Of a stretch of DNA of 64,000 nucleotides, positions 1 through 8,523 are shown piece after piece. Positions within the stretch are counted from its first letter, which is position 1, and each line of letters opens with the position of its first letter. The stretch comes from a virus: IMG/VR virus record IMGVR_UViG_3300046007_007028, positions 8,440-72,439 of that record. One strand, 5' to 3'. The notes beneath the pieces were generated by a model. The model ran no database searches, was not told where the DNA came from, and was given only the letters and a program-made list of their open reading frames with translations. Made by a program: the position numbers and the translations under genes.

Positions 1-290
1 GCGGTTACTTCCAAGGAAGTTTTCTCCGTTCCGTCCGCAGCGGTATAGCTCCTTTGAGACAGCCGACCCTCAACCATTACCTGAGATCCTTTGGTAATGT
101 ACTTTTGGGCAATTTCGCCTGTTTTGTTCCAAGCAGCAATTTTGTACCAAATAGTCTTTTCGGGGTCTTGCCCCCGTGCCGGCTGGTTGATAGCGATTGA
201 AAATTCACAAACGCTTCCAGATTGAAGCGCTTTGGTTTCGGGGTCCTTGCCTACATTCCCGACAAGGGTTACTTTGCAATAAGATGCCAT
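1..290 (-). CDS. ssb: Single-stranded DNA-binding protein (3' end outside window; absent from ORF track)
   Basis: Manual translation MASYCKVTLVGNVGKDPE...WYKIAAWNKTGEIAQKYITKGSQVMVEGRL is a canonical SSB OB-fold pattern. Confidence 0.93.
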   Translation of the reverse strand, partial: MASYCKVTLVGNVGKDPETKALQSGSVCEFSIAINQPARGQDPEKTIWYKIAAWNKTGEIAQKYITKGSQVMVEGRLSQRSYTAADGTEKTSLEVT

Positions 291-308
291 AAGATTTTTA
301 AATTTCAC

Positions 309-316
309 CAAATATA
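309..316 (-). promoter_or_regulatory. Bacteroidota-type -7 box TATATTTG for ssb, with upstream TCGA box at 348-351
   Basis: Matches TAnnTTTG; repeat partner at 369-372. Confidence 0.7.
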
Positions 317-361
317 CCACCCCGCAGGGATGGGTGCAACAGGGTTTTCGATGGAATAGCG

Positions 362-931
362 TTATTTCCGGATGAAGTCAAAGGGTACGTATCCATCCTT
401 CTGATCTGGAAAAACCATCGCCGGCATAAAAAAAATCTCAGCCTCGAAATCGCAGTACATTGGCACAACGCAAATGCCTTTGTTTGGGGAAAAGATTCGC
501 AAAGAACCCATTTTTGCCCCTACTGACCTCAAGCCCCTTGCAAGAATGTTTGGCTCTATTCCAACCCATTCAATCGGCTGCTGCACCATATTCTCCGGCT
601 TTACAACGGCCCTGTAGTCCGGAAACTTCACATCCCATTCCGACCGGATTTCCAGCTTGCCGTATGTGGTTACGACCATCGCAGTTTCATTCTCCAGCAC
701 AAAGTCAATGCAGTCATCCGAACACCAGAACTTCCATGTTTTTCGATGAATCATCATTCCGTTGATTTTAGCCAGAATCTCATCCGGAATCATCTCCAGT
801 TTGACTTTGACCAAAACATGAGCGTCCGTCGCAACGGCATATTCGCCGTCAATGAACACGCAATTATAGGCTGCCAATACTTTTACGTTTGAGCAAGCCA
901 GATGCAGAGGTGGTAGATTCAATTTTTTCAT
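362..931 (-). CDS. Short DNA polymerase III beta-clamp-like protein
   Basis: AVATDAHVL (cf. VATDGHRL), KFPDYRAVV (cf. FPDYxRVIP) and C-terminal FFMPAM (cf. VMPM); only 189 aa. Confidence 0.6.
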   Translation of the reverse strand: MKKLNLPPLHLACSNVKVLAAYNCVFIDGEYAVATDAHVLVKVKLEMIPDEILAKINGMMIHRKTWKFWCSDDCIDFVLENETAMVVTTYGKLEIRSEWDVKFPDYRAVVKPENMVQQPIEWVGIEPNILARGLRSVGAKMGSLRIFSPNKGICVVPMYCDFEAEIFFMPAMVFPDQKDGYVPFDFIRK

Positions 932-987
932 GCTACAAAATGAACATGTCTATACCTGTGGTCAAAAAGCGTTCGATGAGCAAACAA

Positions 988-1017
988 AAAAGCCCGACCA
1001 ATTACGGACGGGCTTTT
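988..1017. terminator. Intrinsic terminator, potentially bidirectional
   Basis: aaaagcccg-N12-cgggctttt flanked by A/T tracts. Confidence 0.7.
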
Positions 1018-1035
1018 GAATGGGAAAAGGGGAAC

Positions 1036-1350
1036 CTATTTGCCTTTCAGCTCTGGCTTGCCAGCAACAGGGTTCAACGAAACCGCTTGCTGGGTATAAA
1101 CCGAAATGAACAACTTCTTCAATACCTGATCGCCCCTTTCCAGCTTGATTACGCAATCCCCGAAAGACAAAGCCTTAATCTTTGCCTTCGTGCCCTCTGC
1201 CACAATATCGAGAACGCTGTCGTTGTTAAAGAAAAACTCAACAGGCTCCGTTTCTTCCGGCAGATTGATTGTGAATGCCTCCCCAACAAGAACATCAACC
1301 TTCTCAACATCAAAGGCCGTTACGTTGGGGAAAATGAAATTGGCCTTCAT
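1036..1350 (-). CDS. Small Ig-like beta-sandwich protein
   Basis: All-beta pattern (NNDSVLDI...AKIKALSFGDCVI) resembling Big_2-type domains. Confidence 0.5.
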   Translation of the reverse strand: MKANFIFPNVTAFDVEKVDVLVGEAFTINLPEETEPVEFFFNNDSVLDIVAEGTKAKIKALSFGDCVIKLERGDQVLKKLFISVYTQQAVSLNPVAGKPELKGK

Positions 1351-1352
1351 GA

Positions 1353-1670
1353 TTACTTAGGCTCAGGCGTCCCAACGGTGATTCCCAAAGAAGCCGCAAG
1401 CGGAGTGGTCACCGCCAAAGTAATGGTTTCGCCAATCTCAACAATGCCTTCTCCAAGGTCAGCGTCAGCAACAACGGCAAATTCGGAAATGCCAGGCTCG
1501 CCAGAAATCAAGGTTGCAGAGAGTCCGTCTTCGGAAACCTCAAGGGTTGCGTCGCCAGAAATTTTTGTCCATACCGGATTCTCAACCTGTGCTGGGTTTT
1601 CAGCAGCGGTCTTAGGGGAAAGAACAACAGGAATTTTTTGCTCGGAAGTAATGCTAATTACAGATGCCAT
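1353..1670 (-). CDS. Small Ig-like protein, possible virion decoration
   Basis: PVWTKISGD...SEDGLSATL...V.ADADLGEG all-beta pattern; start placed at MASVISI. Confidence 0.5.
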   Translation of the reverse strand: MASVISITSEQKIPVVLSPKTAAENPAQVENPVWTKISGDATLEVSEDGLSATLISGEPGISEFAVVADADLGEGIVEIGETITLAVTTPLAASLGITVGTPEPK

Positions 1671-1770
1671 GTTTTTGCGTGTGTTAAAAGATTTGGTCCG
1701 CAAAATAACCCTTCCACTATTACCCCTAAAATATTTTTATGGCATTGTTTTTAGGTGCGGATTGGATATA

Positions 1771-1802
1771 AAAAAACCGCCTGAATCTCAAGCGGCCTTT
1801 TA
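1771..1802 (-). terminator. Intrinsic terminator
   Basis: Minus strand aaaggccgcttgagattcaggcggtttttt; near-identical to terminator at 24681-24711. Confidence 0.7.
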
Positions 1803-1833
1803 AAAACAATCATAAACCCTAAGCAATCGTTTG

Positions 1834-2052
1834 TCAAAATAAATCCTTCTCCATCCCCGCCTTCAACCCCTCCCACTTGTCCCCGTACACAATCTTGCCG
1901 ATTTCATCGAGGTTGCGGGATAGCTCTGCGAAGAGTTCTTTTGCCGTCTTGCCGTCCACAAACATATCATTCAAAGTTTTATCCGGCTTGAATAAAGTGT
2001 GACAGAGGAACCCAAAGTGGGCCGTGAATATGTCTTTTTGGTCTGGGGTCAT
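1834..2052 (-). CDS. Hypothetical protein
   Basis: 72-aa ORF coupled by ATGA overlap to upstream gene. Confidence 0.7.
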   Translation of the reverse strand: MTPDQKDIFTAHFGFLCHTLFKPDKTLNDMFVDGKTAKELFAELSRNLDEIGKIVYGDKWEGLKAGMEKDLF

Positions 2053-2276
2053 TCTCCTTTCAAAACTTGTTTACAAAAATCAATTACTTTTTTCTCAATG
2101 TCCCTTTGAGCCTTCTCCAGACTCCGCCACTTTTTGCCTTCGGGGAAGAAATGAAAAGTGGGGCTGGTATGGGCGTGCCAATACCCTTGTTCCTGATGAA
2201 TTTGAAAAAGAACCGTTTGGCCCTGCATAAGCCAAAATTCGGGGTAGGGTTGCAAGGTCATGTCGAGCCAAGTCAT
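2049..2276 (-). CDS. Hypothetical protein
   Basis: 75-aa ORF with overlapping start/stop coupling. Confidence 0.65.
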   Translation of the reverse strand: MTWLDMTLQPYPEFWLMQGQTVLFQIHQEQGYWHAHTSPTFHFFPEGKKWRSLEKAQRDIEKKVIDFCKQVLKGE

Positions 2277-2671
2277 AACTCAATCTTTTTCGGGAATGGG
2301 TTTTCGAGTGCGATATTTTGCCAATTCGTTGCTTCGTTACTTATATTTTGAACTCTAAAGCCCCTTTCTTTTGTTTTCCCAATAAAATAACCGCAAGCAG
2401 TTACTTTCGGCTTTTCAACCTCCCCATCCCAGCAATAAACAAAAGTGCCCGGTTCCGGCAATACTTCCGGCCTACGGACCTCGTAGGGTTCGGGGAAGAG
2501 GGTTGGGACGCACTTAGAAGAAATAGCCCCGTTCTCATTATAAGAGAAAAATTCTCCTATAAAAAATACATGGGTTCGATATTCTTTAATTTCTTTCACC
2601 TCCCCTTCCACCCCAGGAAACAGGGCCTCGTCGTAAACCTTTTGGCCGACATAGAATTTTGTGTGTTCCAT
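2273..2671 (-). CDS. Hypothetical protein (leaderless start MEHTKFYVGQKV)
   Basis: TAGGTTTG box at 2677-2684, 5 nt before ATG; the longer track ORF runs through the ncRNA. Confidence 0.7.
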   Translation of the reverse strand: MEHTKFYVGQKVYDEALFPGVEGEVKEIKEYRTHVFFIGEFFSYNENGAISSKCVPTLFPEPYEVRRPEVLPEPGTFVYCWDGEVEKPKVTACGYFIGKTKERGFRVQNISNEATNWQNIALENPFPKKIEL

Positions 2672-2744
2672 GTGAGCAAACCTACCACCTGTCCGGAAAT
2701 CCCGGACAACTGTTTCGATGGATGTATCAATTTCCCCGATAAAC

Positions 2745-2875
2745 AAAAAACGCCCCCAGTGGAAGCGTCGTTTGCTCGTTTTCAAACAGTATGAATCTAT
2801 AAGAACGCTTGCCTTTCGGCATTGTAGGCCACGTCGTCGACAACGTAAGCCCGGCACCACCTCCGAAAAGGTTCG
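2745..2875 (-). ncRNA. Putative stand-alone structured small RNA (~130 nt)
   Basis: Own -7 box TACATTTG (2879-2886), UUCG, UCGA and GAAA-capped hairpins, terminator cgcttcc-act-gggggcg-tttttt. Confidence 0.6.
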
Positions 2876-2950
2876 AGGCAAATGTAGCACATCAAATCTG
2901 AAATCAATTACCCCCATTCGACGAAACGACGGGAATGCTCGATGGGTGGG

Positions 2951-3373
2951 TTATACTTCTTTGATTGAAATGCCATGCACCTGCTTCATCAGTTTTCGCT
3001 TGGCAATATAGGTGCTGAGTTTTTTTGTTGCCTCAGACTTAACATCTTCCACCACCAGTTCCCCAGTTGCTTGTATTCGGTACACAAAATCGGCAAAATA
3101 GGACATTTTGCGTTCACCCTTTTGTGCCGGGACCAGCACAAACTCAACCTGTCGCTCAGGCAAAGTTATTTCGCCAATTTTCACCAAAAGCATAAGCTCC
3201 CGATACCGATTGTACTCTTTTTTGGAGTCAAAAGTCATGCCGTCATACAAGACTTTTTCGTTGTTATACTTCGCTCGCCTTGCCTTGCCCTTCTTAACTT
3301 CAAGCAGATGGCTGTTTTCCGGCCTTTTGGCGGCCTCTGACTTGCGAAACGACTCAATGTCCCATCCTTTCAT
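2951..3373 (-). CDS. DUF1064 family putative endonuclease
   Basis: KYNNEKV..DG.TFDSKKE..RY, YFADFVY, VVEDVK motifs. Confidence 0.85.
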   Translation of the reverse strand: MKGWDIESFRKSEAAKRPENSHLLEVKKGKARRAKYNNEKVLYDGMTFDSKKEYNRYRELMLLVKIGEITLPERQVEFVLVPAQKGERKMSYFADFVYRIQATGELVVEDVKSEATKKLSTYIAKRKLMKQVHGISIKEV

Positions 3374-4025
3374 TTGCGTTCGTTGTAGGGGCTAATAGAG
3401 GCTTTCGTTGGGCAGCGGGATGATATTTGGCTCCAATTGGCTGTACTTCAATTTTCCAAATATACTTGCCTTTATACATTCTGTTGTCTTTTATGCAGTT
3501 CATTACTGTTCTTTGGTTTGTTCCCGTTTGTTTATACAATGATTTAAAGGATTCGTATTCCTCTAATAAAACCCCGCTAGAATCGTATTTAAAGACTTTA
3601 GTTCTTCTGCGAGTTTTTTCTAGGCTTTTTGCATTTTCTCTCCCATGCAGATACCCTAGTTGCCTCATTCTTTCTGCCGCCTTTTTTCTGGAATTATCCA
3701 TAATCCCCGTATCAAAAGCGTGTCTCATATTTTCGGACAAGGTAGTCCACTCCAAATTGCTTGCGCAATTATTCTTTTTGTTGCCGTCTTTGTGATTGAC
3801 CTGTGGCTTGTTTTCTGGGTTCGGAATAAAATGCAACGCCACTAATCTATGAATTGTTCCTCTTTTGTTTTTGCCGCCAACCCACATATTAAAATATTCA
3901 TACCCGTTTTTGCCAAAGTTTGTTTTTGAACTTTTTTGATTTGTTGATCTAAAGTTGCCAAGGTCTGAAATTTCATAAAGACCGTTTGAGTTTTTTACAC
4001 TTACCCATTTTTCTTGCGTTTCCAT
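3354..4025 (-). CDS. NUMOD4-HNH homing endonuclease
   Basis: EKW...GLYEISDLGNFRS; HRLVALHFIPNPENKPQVNHKDGNKKNN..NLEW. Confidence 0.92.
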   Translation of the reverse strand: METQEKWVSVKNSNGLYEISDLGNFRSTNQKSSKTNFGKNGYEYFNMWVGGKNKRGTIHRLVALHFIPNPENKPQVNHKDGNKKNNCASNLEWTTLSENMRHAFDTGIMDNSRKKAAERMRQLGYLHGRENAKSLEKTRRRTKVFKYDSSGVLLEEYESFKSLYKQTGTNQRTVMNCIKDNRMYKGKYIWKIEVQPIGAKYHPAAQRKPLLAPTTNANERMGH

Positions 4026-4029
4026 AAAA

Positions 4030-4134
4030 TGAAAGACCCCGAACTCAAACGCTGCTACACATTCAAATCCGAGGTCAGTTGTTGGTTGTTAAACCAATAT
4101 TTTTTTGCTGGTAGCAGACAGCAATACAAAGGTA
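4030..4134 (-). promoter_or_regulatory. Promoter TACCTTTG plus kissing-loop leader 1
   Basis: Hairpin A loop CUGCUAC (4111-4117) is complementary to hairpin B loop GUAGCAG (4052-4058). Confidence 0.7.
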
Positions 4135-4135
4135 A

Positions 4136-4528
4136 TTAATCTCCTGAATATTCATTGGGAAGTTTTAAAAGAATTGAATACTCCGAGAGTGCCCACGTCC
4201 GGATTGCTTCGTGATAATCTTCGGCTTGTAAGGTGTTAAAGTCTTTTGTTGAACCACCAAACACCATTAGTTCGCCTGTTATTTTATTCAACCGCTCCAC
4301 AGGGTTAAATCGCTTTTTCAGCTCTTCGTGCATCTCCGATGGAAAATATCCGAAACATTCTGCCAATGGGTTGACAATGCAGGCGAAGTAATAGCCCCGT
4401 TGCGAATCACTGCGCTTTTTGCGCCACTTTTTGATCTGAATGACATTGCGGCCTTTCAGGGCTTTGAGGACAGCGTAGAGCCGGCGCTTGTCCGGCTCTT
4501 TGTCGAAATCAATGATTAAATCGACCAT
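4136..4528 (-). CDS. NinB/Orf-like recombination protein
   Basis: KKRSDSQRGYYFA...MHEELK...STKDFN pattern of NinB family. Confidence 0.6.
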   Translation of the reverse strand: MVDLIIDFDKEPDKRRLYAVLKALKGRNVIQIKKWRKKRSDSQRGYYFACIVNPLAECFGYFPSEMHEELKKRFNPVERLNKITGELMVFGGSTKDFNTLQAEDYHEAIRTWALSEYSILLKLPNEYSGD

Positions 4529-5033
4529 GGTGGTATGGAGTAATGATGTTTTTAGCCCCGTGTTCAAACCGGGCTTGTTTTGAAAGAGACAAAGCGTATT
4601 CCATGGCTGGATGATTGTCGGAACCCATATTCCCAAAGTACATAATCCCAAACTTGCCGCGTATCTCATCAGCAAAAGCCCAGCCTTCCGCGCTCCTTAC
4701 GTCTCCGTTGTTCCCTTCTCTCCAAAACAGGAAATTGGGGTTTTCGCTTGGCGGCCCGACAAAAAGCAAGAGGAACTTTCCGCTTTCGTCGACGAAGTCC
4801 CGGTGCTTTGAGTCCTTTTCAAAGTTTGATGGCTTTACCTCTCCGAAGGCGTCGTACCTGGGGAAGTAGAAGTCTGGTAGATACAAATCTCCACTCGAAA
4901 GGGCATAGCCCTCAAGTTCGTACTCCCATTTTACCCCAAGGGCGTCAAAATAGATTGCCCAACGGGCCTCGGTCCTACTTCGGAAACGGTAGCCCCTGTA
5001 TTGCGTTTCGATGGCTTTGATTTGCTGTTCCAT
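4509..5033 (-). CDS. PD-(D/E)xK nuclease
   Basis: FRSRTEARWA.YFD...WEYE...YLPDFY...GEVK. Confidence 0.8.
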   Translation of the reverse strand: MEQQIKAIETQYRGYRFRSRTEARWAIYFDALGVKWEYELEGYALSSGDLYLPDFYFPRYDAFGEVKPSNFEKDSKHRDFVDESGKFLLLFVGPPSENPNFLFWREGNNGDVRSAEGWAFADEIRGKFGIMYFGNMGSDNHPAMEYALSLSKQARFEHGAKNIITPYHHGRFNH

Positions 5034-5038
5034 GGTTT

Positions 5039-7012
5039 TTAGAAAGGTGCTTTTTCGTTGGAATTAAAATCAATCTTGCCCATATCGGGCACCACGGGCA
5101 TAAATAGCGGCTGCGATTCAAAATTCAAGGTTCGCTCCATGGCACTGACCGCGTTCATGGCACTGACTTTTTGCTCCGGAATGCTTACGTCGTAGTCCTC
5201 GTGTTCAAACTTGAAGGATATGCCACGTAGCTTCATTGCGTCTGCCATCGGGTCCCGGTCCCCATCAAAAATGTACCTACGCTTGCTATTGTGGTAATGA
5301 AACTCCGAATACCCAAGCTTGCCAACCACGTATTGCCGTTTGATTTTTTTAGCATGGAACTCGCAAAGGGTGTTGTTTGGTTCTTCCTGGTGTAATGGTC
5401 GGTGGTAAATCAGAATGTTATCCATCTTGTTTGCCCACATAGACCCTCCGGTGATGGAATAGTGGTCAGGGCACGGGAAATTGTTCCTCCCGTTCTTTTG
5501 CGGCTTTGTTGGGTGGGCCACAATAATGACCGAAATGTTGTTGTCCTGAGCAAACCGGGTCATGTTGCCCAAAAATCCCTCCAAATACCGGTGATCCTGA
5601 TCCCCGGAATACTGGTGGGCAAGTTGATTGTAGGGGTCAATAATGCAGGCGCAAACCTTTTCCTTCATAATCACCTGAAGAAAAATGCCCTTTATGTGGT
5701 CGGGAGTAGGCATTGCTTCTTTGGGGTAGACAAAGAAGATGTATTGGTTTAAGAACATGATTGCGGCCCTGTATTCGTCCTCCGTAGGTCCTCCGGGCAC
5801 GTTTGGCGTACAAATCTTGCCAATCAACATCTCGGCAAGGTGGTGGTAAAACTCCTCGGCGGGGCAATCTTCGGGCGGGAACAGGGCAAATTTGCGCTTA
5901 TACAAAATCACCTGCATAAGCATATACCACTTCAAAAACTGGCTTTTACCGTAGTTGGCATACCCCGACAAAAGCGTAAGTTCCTTCATTTTGAGCTTAA
6001 AGTGGCGGTCTACTTCCGGAACATTTATCCCCGAAACCGATTCAAAGCCGTTTCTCCAAATGTTGACGGCATCCTCAATAACATCTTCGGCATAAATTAC
6101 GTCTTTGATTTTCTCTTGAAGGTCAATTTCATCCGGAATTTGCTGTACGGGGGCCTCCGCGCCAGTTGTTTTGTTTTGAAGGCGGTTGTTTACAAAGTGG
6201 CAGGTTCCAAAGTCTTTTTGAGCCACCTTCCAAGCCTTTGCCGTAATGTCATTGGCTATTTCGGGGTCAGAGGGCAGGTAGTTGACGGTGATGTAGTAGG
6301 CAACGTCCGATTCTGGCAGCCCAAACCGGCAGCAGGAGCAGGCAAGGCGGAAAAGAAAGTTGTTTCTGTTGCCGTCGACGTATTGCTGACTTCGCTGATT
6401 CCAGATCAAAAGGTTCTTGAATATCTTTTCCTGCTCGGTAATGGGCTCGCCCATCATCATTTGCGACACTTGTTCTGGCACTTTATACACCTTCACCTTT
6501 GTGAACACCTTGGCGTTTGGATTCACGTAAATCTTGCTGTCGCAGCTTTCGTAGCACACCCTTGCCACATTGCGGCACATCTTGTCCATATCAGGGAAAA
6601 CGGACAAAAGGGCGTCAAAATGGGCTGTATGCTTGTCTGGGTCGGAAATCTTAACCAAAGCTTTGAGCCCGTTGCCGGACGGGGACAGCCAAAGGGCGTA
6701 AATAATTTCATTTCGCTGAAGCTCCTGTTTTTTTTCTTCCAGAGCTGGGCCTTCAAGGCGGTCAAAATCAAGGCAAATAAGCCCTGAGTGCTTTTTCACC
6801 AACAAATTCTTGCGTCTACCCTCAAAAACGCCTGAAAACATGACGCAGGGCAGCCGGCGCTTTATTTCGTTTTGCTCAACCTTGGTTTTTGCCTCCCTCA
6901 CCCGCTTTATGAGCGGCCAGCTTTTGCCGGTTTTTATGCGCTCGAAAGCTTCTTCGGGCGTTATGGTGTGGCTTACGGCGTCCTCGACCCCGTTGTAGTA
7001 GATGGAAATCAT
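5039..7012 (-). CDS. Primase-helicase (VirE_N/BT4734-like + PriCT + DnaB/Twinkle-type helicase)
   Basis: HSGLICLDFD, SPSGNGLK, GNRNNFLF, Walker A SGYANYGKS, IIDPYN, IIVAHP, GGSMWANKMDN. Confidence 0.88.
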   Translation of the reverse strand: MISIYYNGVEDAVSHTITPEEAFERIKTGKSWPLIKRVREAKTKVEQNEIKRRLPCVMFSGVFEGRRKNLLVKKHSGLICLDFDRLEGPALEEKKQELQRNEIIYALWLSPSGNGLKALVKISDPDKHTAHFDALLSVFPDMDKMCRNVARVCYESCDSKIYVNPNAKVFTKVKVYKVPEQVSQMMMGEPITEQEKIFKNLLIWNQRSQQYVDGNRNNFLFRLACSCCRFGLPESDVAYYITVNYLPSDPEIANDITAKAWKVAQKDFGTCHFVNNRLQNKTTGAEAPVQQIPDEIDLQEKIKDVIYAEDVIEDAVNIWRNGFESVSGINVPEVDRHFKLKMKELTLLSGYANYGKSQFLKWYMLMQVILYKRKFALFPPEDCPAEEFYHHLAEMLIGKICTPNVPGGPTEDEYRAAIMFLNQYIFFVYPKEAMPTPDHIKGIFLQVIMKEKVCACIIDPYNQLAHQYSGDQDHRYLEGFLGNMTRFAQDNNISVIIVAHPTKPQKNGRNNFPCPDHYSITGGSMWANKMDNILIYHRPLHQEEPNNTLCEFHAKKIKRQYVVGKLGYSEFHYHNSKRRYIFDGDRDPMADAMKLRGISFKFEHEDYDVSIPEQKVSAMNAVSAMERTLNFESQPLFMPVVPDMGKIDFNSNEKAPF

Positions 7013-7016
7013 GAGT

Positions 7017-7835
7017 TTAAATTTCGGCTAAGATTTCGAGGTTGTGGGTCCGGCAATACTGCTCGTACTCTTGGTAGGAGTCAAAGGTCATTTGAATTTC
7101 ACGTGGTTTGAGGTTTTGAAGGGGGTGTTTTTTGGGTAAAGCCGGAATATCGGATTCTTTTGATTGATACGTCCCGTTACGGCTTTTTTCATTTCTATGC
7201 CACGTAGCAAGTCTTTTTGGCAAGTCCCAGAACTTTTCTTTTTCATACCGGAATGCAGTGGCGGATTTGTTTTGCTCGGTCCAATAAGCAAAAAACGCAT
7301 TAAGCATTTCACGCCCATAGGTCTCTACAAACGGAACCAGTGTTTCTTTGAACTTATCCTTTCGCTCATTCAAACTTGGCTTTGCCTTGGGTGTGGAAGC
7401 AACCGCCGGTTGCGGTGCAATCACTATAGGTTCTAAGGTTATAGGTTCTAAGGTTATAGGTTTATCTATACTACTACTGCTTTCGCCTGTGCTTTCTATC
7501 TGCTTTATCAAGTGCTTTGCAAGTGCTTTCGTATGTGCTTTGTCAAATTTTAACAAAGCAATTATGTTTGCAGTGTATTGATTTTTGCTTTCCTGAATCA
7601 TTTCTATTGCCCCCAATTCCACCAATTCAGAGAGGGCTTTTTTGTAGGTGTTATAGGACTTTATCCCAATAGCCTCCATTGCTTCGGATGCCGGGAATCC
7701 AAACTTTGGCTTTTGGCTCATCCGGTTCCACTTTTCAATGGCCCACATATAAAGGGCCGTGGTTGTCGGGGAGTTTAGGTCCGGGTTTTCAAACGCCCAG
7801 TCGAACCAGTTCTTTGATAGTTCGTATCCAGTCAT
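7017..7835 (-). CDS. Phage replication initiator (N-terminal HTH, lambda O-like organisation)
   Basis: N-terminal wHTH-like region, low-complexity linker with DNA repeats, C-terminal FFAYW...WDL.KRL.TW; directly upstream of helicase. Confidence 0.7.
   Translation of the reverse strand: MTGYELSKNWFDWAFENPDLNSPTTTALYMWAIEKWNRMSQKPKFGFPASEAMEAIGIKSYNTYKKALSELVELGAIEMIQESKNQYTANIIALLKFDKAHTKALAKHLIKQIESTGESSSSIDKPITLEPITLEPIVIAPQPAVASTPKAKPSLNERKDKFKETLVPFVETYGREMLNAFFAYWTEQNKSATAFRYEKEKFWDLPKRLATWHRNEKSRNGTYQSKESDIPALPKKHPLQNLKPREIQMTFDSYQEYEQYCRTHNLEILAEI
7428..7591. repeat. Iteron array, putative replication origin inside initiator gene
   Basis: TGCTTT at 7478, 7490, 7501, 7513, 7524, 7536; tandem aggttctaaggttat x2 at 7428-7457. 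Confidence 0.65.
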
Positions 7836-8050
7836 TTCGATTCGGCTGATTTAATAACCCGGTTCAATTCTTCTACAAACGCCTTTGCCGTATCAACATC
7901 CAGCGGCATATAGGTCTTGCTGTATGGTGGTTCGGCGTCATCTGTTTCAATTTTTATAACCACTTGGGCTTTGTTATTGACAAAGGCGGAAAGCTCGTAT
8001 TCGTCGAACCCTTTACTGTTGCTAAAAAATACCCTTATTGAATTTGCCAT
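7832..8050 (-). CDS. Hypothetical protein
   Basis: 72-aa ORF coupled to the initiator. Confidence 0.7.
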   Translation of the reverse strand: MANSIRVFFSNSKGFDEYELSAFVNNKAQVVIKIETDDAEPPYSKTYMPLDVDTAKAFVEELNRVIKSAESK

Positions 8051-8098
8051 TGTTGTAAACTTTTGTTAACGGAAACGTTTCTTTTAGGAGCCAAAAAA

Positions 8099-8257
8099 TC
8101 AACCCTTGAACTGTTTTTTAAGAGCCTCTTGTATGTGAATAGGCATATCCCGGTGCTTGTGTAGGTAAATCGAAAGCAGGGGCCTTGAAATTCCTACCCG
8201 TTTGGCAACCCAGCTTATTTTGAGGCCACGGTTCTTAATTTCTTCTTTGAAATCCAT
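8099..8257 (-). CDS. Cro-like HTH protein (52 aa, not in track)
   Basis: MDFKEEIKNRGLKISWVAKRVGISRPLLSIYL; TAGATTTG box at 8262-8269, 4 nt before ATG. Confidence 0.75.
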   Translation of the reverse strand: MDFKEEIKNRGLKISWVAKRVGISRPLLSIYLHKHRDMPIHIQEALKKQFKG

Positions 8258-8301
8258 GCTGCAAATCTAATGTTAACAAAATTGTTTATCCAAATTTATT
8301 T

Positions 8302-8523
8302 TCACTTCTCCAATCCAACCCCAATCTCCACCCTAACCCCATCATCCACAACCTCAGTGATGGTGACGCATCTGGGAGTCATTTCCAGAAAGTCGCTGAA
8401 TCGCTTTGATCCGGGCAGAAGATCCTCTCCAAATGCCCGAATAGCCCTCACAGGGTACATTTTCCCCGTTACCCGGCTTTCAACAACACGTCCAAGGCGA
8501 ATGGTTCCGATGGTGGGTTTCAT
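8302..8523 (-). CDS. Hypothetical protein
   Basis: 73-aa ORF coupled to RepL-like gene. Confidence 0.6.
   Translation of the reverse strand: MKPTIGTIRLGRVVESRVTGKMYPVRAIRAFGEDLLPGSKRFSDFLEMTPRCVTITEVVDDGVRVEIGVGLEK

Noticed and set aside
889-1803. 304-aa plus-strand ORF
   Set aside because: Antisense shadow of two Ig-like genes; spans terminators
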